Below, in pieces: positions 61,858 to 64,000 of a stretch of DNA of 64,000 bases. This DNA is from Candidatus Woesearchaeota archaeon. GTDB taxonomy: Archaea > Nanobdellota > Nanobdellia > Woesearchaeales > JAFGLG01. The position numbers and the translations under genes are program-made. The stretch spans positions 128,340-192,339 of the forward strand of contig JAFGLG010000005.1 in assembly GCA_016928155.1 (NCBI GenBank), written 5' to 3'. Each line of letters starts with the position of its first letter. Position 1 is the stretch's first letter. The notes under the pieces were generated by a model. That model was not told the origin of the DNA and made no database searches. It was given only the letters and a program-made list of their open reading frames with translations.

Positions 61858-62927
61858 AATTTCTCACCTGATTTCAGATCATATCTGCATTTATAACAGA
61901 AAGAATCCCTCGGCCCGAGCACAGCGCCGCATTTCGGGCAGTGCCTCTGATGACGATAGAGATCATTCTTCCTCTTATGATTAATCAATATGAAAGGGGA
62001 TATGACGACAACCAATACAATTAGGGCCAAAAAGGCAATCCTGAAATAATCTGTCCTGCATGACCCGTCTTCAGCCTTCTGGAAAAAATGGCACAGCACA
62101 TCTACACATTCATGGTCCTTTATGACCTGTCTCTTTCCGCAGTACAGTTTTATGCACCTGTGGTCCACGGCCTTCTCATCGTCAGCGCAGTTGAGCTTTA
62201 TGCAGAAGAAACCTGACTTATATTCATCAGGGGTGCATTCCATATCGACACAATGATGGTCCATTATGACCTCATTATCTCTGCAGACAAGGGGGGTGCA
62301 GGTGTTGTTGATGCATGTGGACGCATCATTGCACATCCCCGGGGTGCAGCACTCAAAGTCATGGCAGGAATGGTTCCTTGGAAACTGGCATTCGGAGCAG
62401 TTCAGCTTCGTGCAGCGGGTATTGATGCATACCTCATCATCCCCGCAATACAGGGTACCCGGACAATAATTGGCCGGCTTGACAGGCAGGGTGTAGTTGT
62501 CATCATAGCAGAACTCAAGATTCTTATCGATGAACTCTGACCTGTTGACCTCGTACCCGAGAGCCCACCAGTCATCATAATCGACTTTCCTGGTGAAGCA
62601 GATATTGTAAACCACCTCATTGTCTGTATTAGGTGCAGGCAGGACTGAAGTGAAGTTGAGAGTCCTTGTCTCGCTGGGCGCAATCTCGAAGATATCCTCA
62701 TAATGGGCTATCGATGACCCAGAAGGTGTCTTAAGGTTTATCTTATACAGGGCCAGGACCTTCCCGCCGTGATTCTTGTAAGTGAATATCCAGGTTATCT
62801 GATGGCCCTGCCTGCAGTCATCATCTTCGCAGACATAATCCATCTGATAGTCATAAGCAGCCAGCGCAGAGACAGACATAAGCATGAACATAATAGCTGC
62901 CAAAGAAAAGAACTTAAGCCCTCTCAT
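61854..62927 (-). CDS. Cys-rich repeat surface protein, paralog of 59596-60777, with cytoplasmic zinc ribbon
   Basis: Shared N-terminal domain (LPAP...VVYNIC vs VPAP...VLYKPC), same repeat unit, TM helix, CPKCG...CYKC. Confidence 0.8.
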   Translation of the reverse strand: MRGLKFFSLAAIMFMLMSVSALAAYDYQMDYVCEDDDCRQGHQITWIFTYKNHGGKVLALYKINLKTPSGSSIAHYEDIFEIAPSETRTLNFTSVLPAPNTDNEVVYNICFTRKVDYDDWWALGYEVNRSEFIDKNLEFCYDDNYTLPVKPANYCPGTLYCGDDEVCINTRCTKLNCSECQFPRNHSCHDFECCTPGMCNDASTCINNTCTPLVCRDNEVIMDHHCVDMECTPDEYKSGFFCIKLNCADDEKAVDHRCIKLYCGKRQVIKDHECVDVLCHFFQKAEDGSCRTDYFRIAFLALIVLVVVISPFILINHKRKNDLYRHQRHCPKCGAVLGPRDSFCYKCRYDLKSGEKL

Positions 62928-63403
62928 AATCTCCCTCCTAGCTCGACTGTCTGGGTCCTTGACATCATCTCGCAGAGTCTCGTCTTCTTCAAGATAAGAT
63001 GGAGCGGGTCAAATATCCAGAGGAAAAATATCGGGAAAACCGGTATGAGGAAGATGTTCCTGATGAAAACCTGCCAGGCAGTAAGCGGGGCATTTTCCAG
63101 AGAAATGACCCTGAGCCCGAACAGCATCTGGCCGACAGTCTGACCAAGCTTAAACTGGAGGATGAATGCATAAATGAAAAAGAAAAGGAAGATGAGCATC
63201 CCTATCATCAGAAGGACAGGATCAAGGGTCATGCTCTTCACTGCAGCAAATGACCTGTCAGGAATCCTTTCTGTCAGCATTGATCTGAAGGGAGTTGTGA
63301 AGAATATGTCAACAATGAAGATATCTGCCACAAAAGCCAGCAATCTCCTGAAAATGCCAGCCGACACTGGACCGGCTGAACCAACCTCTTTTTCAACTTC
63401 CAT
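62924..63403 (-). CDS. RDD family membrane protein
   Basis: AGIFRRLLAFVAD, GQTVG...LRV. Confidence 0.88.
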   Translation of the reverse strand: MEVEKEVGSAGPVSAGIFRRLLAFVADIFIVDIFFTTPFRSMLTERIPDRSFAAVKSMTLDPVLLMIGMLIFLFFFIYAFILQFKLGQTVGQMLFGLRVISLENAPLTAWQVFIRNIFLIPVFPIFFLWIFDPLHLILKKTRLCEMMSRTQTVELGGRL

Positions 63404-63516
63404 CACCCAAAAAAAAGCTGATGTATATTTAAGTTTTATTGAAAAGAGCCTTAAACCGGCCCTAAAAGGCCTTATTTGGCAAAAATTTTTAAATAAACCG
63501 AATTTCTAGGCTATCC

Positions 63517-63861
63517 ATGAGCCGAAAAAAGGAAGAACAGGCAAGGCAGGAACAGATTGAGTCAGAAATCAGGAGAATAAAGCTTCCGAAAAGCCCTGAG
63601 ACCTTCGGCATTGTAGAGCAGAGGCTTGGAGGCAGCAGGATGAAGGTGCGCTGCCTGGATGGCAAGGACAGGGTCTGCAGGATACCAGGAAGGCTCAAGA
63701 GAAAGCTATGGGTGCGAGAAGGTGACCTCATAATAGTAGAACCCTGGGAATTCTCAGCAGATGACAAAGGGGATGTCATATTCAAGTACAGGAATACCCA
63801 GATAGATTTCCTGAAGAAGAAAGGATATCTGAACAAACTAGCAGAGTTTGAAGAGTTCTGA
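63517..63861 (+). CDS. eif1a: Translation initiation factor aIF-1A
   Basis: GIVEQRLG...CLDGK.RVCRIPGR...WVREGD...PW...KGDV. Confidence 0.96.
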   Translation: MSRKKEEQARQEQIESEIRRIKLPKSPETFGIVEQRLGGSRMKVRCLDGKDRVCRIPGRLKRKLWVREGDLIIVEPWEFSADDKGDVIFKYRNTQIDFLKKKGYLNKLAEFEEF

Positions 63862-64000
63862 GATAGATAAACAGGCAATCAGTTCTGGCATGATAGAACA
63901 TACAATTATCAAAAGAGAAACTCAGTCTGACCATAATCTGATCAGAAATCATAGGTATGCTGCCCGACATATCCTGAGAATATCCTGACAAGAAACCTGC

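Overview
Archaeal genomic window, most likely a DPANN archaeon of the Woesearchaeota type. This is inferred from eS1, uL16/L10e, aIF1A, LonB, separate Kae1 and Bud32, Dph6, class III signal-peptide pilin-like genes, a bacterial-type GyrB and a trimeric [FeFe]-hydrogenase. Most genes are housekeeping or surface proteins. Standouts read directly from the sequence: (1) a tRNA with a Ser-type body (long variable arm, G73) but a GAA (Phe) anticodon and a 26-nt T-loop intron; (2) an unannotated ~114-nt structured RNA with two kink-turn motifs; (3) a 162-bp MITE with 15-bp TIRs and a 9-bp target-site duplication; (4) a PolB2-VRR-NUC fusion near a SRAP gene; (5) an AsnB-Dph6 fusion; (6) an HNH intein in GyrB; (7) a TrmB-divergent cluster of two micro-ORFs plus a PEP-utilizer His-domain protein; (8) a coiled-coil/AAA/TPR operon; (9) two MNT-HEPN modules. 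All family calls come from motif recognition; no database searches were run.
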